Shown one piece after another: positions 62,501-64,000 of a stretch of DNA of 64,000 bases; positions within the stretch are counted from its first letter, which is position 1; each line of letters begins with the position of its first letter. The notes under the pieces are model-generated. The model saw only the letters and a list, made by a program, of their open reading frames with translations. It ran no database searches and was not told the DNA's origin. Position numbers and translations under genes: made by a program. The DNA is taken from positions 17,077 to 81,076 of the forward strand of contig FLMG01000211.1 of assembly GCA_900088475.1 (NCBI GenBank), written 5' to 3'. The DNA comes from Hyphochytrium catenoides. Taxonomy: Eukaryota; Protista; Hyphochytriomycota.

Positions 62501-62690
62501 GGAACGAGGGAGAGAGAGGAGAAGACAACGAGACAAGAGAAGTTGAGAACGACAAGAGAGAGAAAGAGTTTGACAGAAAGAGAGAGAGAGAAAAAGTAGT
62601 GGAAAAGAGAGAGAGAGAGCGAGAGAGAGAGNNNNNNNNNNNNNNNNNNNNNNNNNNNNNNGAGAGAGAGAGAGAGAGAGAGAGAGAGAG
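62501..62690 (-). repeat. (GA)n microsatellite upstream of HADHA, interrupted by an assembly gap
   Basis: gagagagag runs flank the N gap at 62632-62661. Confidence 0.9.
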
Positions 62691-63328
62691 GCCACAAGTC
62701 AAGAAAGTCAGCAGATCTTGCGGGTGTCGATTGTCGGGAAAGATGCGTCCGAGATTAGAGCCGTTCAACAGTCCCAAGTCCATACATTTATACAGAGCCC
62801 TAGAGTATTACACAACAATTATCAGAACTGAACAGCAGAGGTATTACAACAATCCCCGTAGACTATTATTGATCTAAACTCGTCCATTTCAGTAGCAGCA
62901 GACCATATTACTAAACTAGGGGATGTCAGAGCCACCTGCCAAAAGGTGTGTTACTGTACAATGGGCCCTGAAGAGTGACTCGTCATGTTCTTGGTCGGAC
63001 ACACCCAGTACTTCAAGGTGTAGTAATATCTTGTATCCATAGTATTAACCCTTCTACCCTATCACAAACGAGTGCTTTTTCTGTCATTAGTATTATTCTC
63101 GGATGTTAGTAATATGCGTTCTATAATCCGTTATCTGTCGAGGGAGGGGGGAGGATCCGACGTGGAAGATCAGCTGGAAGATCTGANNNNNNNNNNNNNN
63201 NNNNNNNNNNNNNNNNNNNNNNNNNNNNNNNNNTCTTCTTCTTCCTTGACCATTTTGTTGATGTGTTCATCAAGTTGTTGTTGACGTACTACTACCGCCT
63301 TCGGATCGACGGCAGCGGACGGAAGAAC

Positions 63329-63352
63329 GAAGAAGAAGAAGAAGAAGAAGAA
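63329..63352. repeat. (GAA)8 trinucleotide repeat in low-complexity sequence
   Basis: gaagaagaa... directly visible. Confidence 0.85.
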
Positions 63353-64000
63353 GACCAACAACAACTCAAAATATGATTATTTTGGTAGGATAATGGTCGG
63401 AGTTGGAGGGCGACCAACTTCTTCCAACAACCAACAAGGAAGAAGAAGAAGCAAGCACTATACAACAACAACGCCAGCTACTAGAGGTAGGTAGTAGTTC
63501 TAATAATATTAGTATCCTCCTCCTTCTCGTTCCTCCTCCTCGTGCTGCTTGCTGGCTGGTGGTGGTGGTGGCGTCCTCGTTGTTGTTGGGCAAAAATAAA
63601 AACTGCGTCCTTCTTCTTTTCTTCGTCCTCCTGCTCCTCCTCCTCGTCCGGCGGGATCACTACTACGATGCGATGATGGTGTCCGGTTGCGGAGTGGATA
63701 CTGAATGGTGAAGAAGATATTTATTATGATCTCTCATTCAGCTTCTACTAGTTCTACTACAACAACTACTACTACCCAGCGGCAGGCAATTATTCTTCTT
63801 CTCATCACCAGCACCACCACCGGGCGTCACCACCTCCCAGTACTTCTCTTCCTAAAAAAGGATTACAAATATGATGTGTTTACGTGCTCACTTCATAGAG
63901 AGTCTTTCCCCTCACTCATTATAGTATCCGGAACAAGCAAGAAAGGGGGCACTGTAATCTGAAACTGGTCACTTTTCAGTCGTTTACCAAAGTCATTTCC

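Larger units (their letters stand above)
46931..63233. other. Five assembly gaps (N runs): 46931-46984, 48647-48716, 55336-55440, 62632-62661, 63187-63233
   Basis: N characters in the sequence. The first three fall inside RPA1 and CFAP36 and hide splice junctions. Confidence 0.99.

Noticed and set aside
63170-63962. Short ORFs with signal-peptide-like poly-Phe/Leu stretches
   Set aside because: They derive from GAA/CTC/ACT microsatellites, are interrupted by an N gap and have no recognisable domain.
1-64000. Alternative genetic code, non-canonical introns, CRISPR arrays, rRNA or tRNA genes
   Set aside because: Conserved genes read in the standard code with TAG/TAA/TGA stops, every junction I traced was GT-AG, and no repeat-spacer array or RNA-gene signature was seen by eye.

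Overview
Eukaryotic (protist) genomic DNA read in the standard code, with GT-AG spliceosomal introns and five N gaps. Protein styles suggest a flagellated stramenopile-like organism, which is inference only. The window has two parts. (1) About 1-18 kb is gene-sparse and accessory-like: an intronless Mx-like dynamin GTPase, an orphan multi-pass membrane protein, two intronless paralogous secreted proteins sharing 14 aligned cysteines and GPI-type tails, and a His/Asp-motif membrane protein, separated by unassignable DNA. (2) About 19-62 kb is a compact, mostly intron-rich housekeeping block: DUF4112 protein, UBE2W, DNA-PKcs, PP4R3/SMEK, a mitochondrial carnitine acyltransferase, RPA1, a choline transporter-like protein, CFAP36 and HADHA. 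The most novel candidates are the 14-Cys surface protein pair, the Mx-like GTPase, a physical cluster of DNA-damage genes, an E2F/CHR-type module upstream of RPA1 and recurrent GTAC clusters. No rRNA, tRNA, CRISPR array or intact transposon was recognised. Gene models were spliced by eye, so some exon boundaries are approximate.
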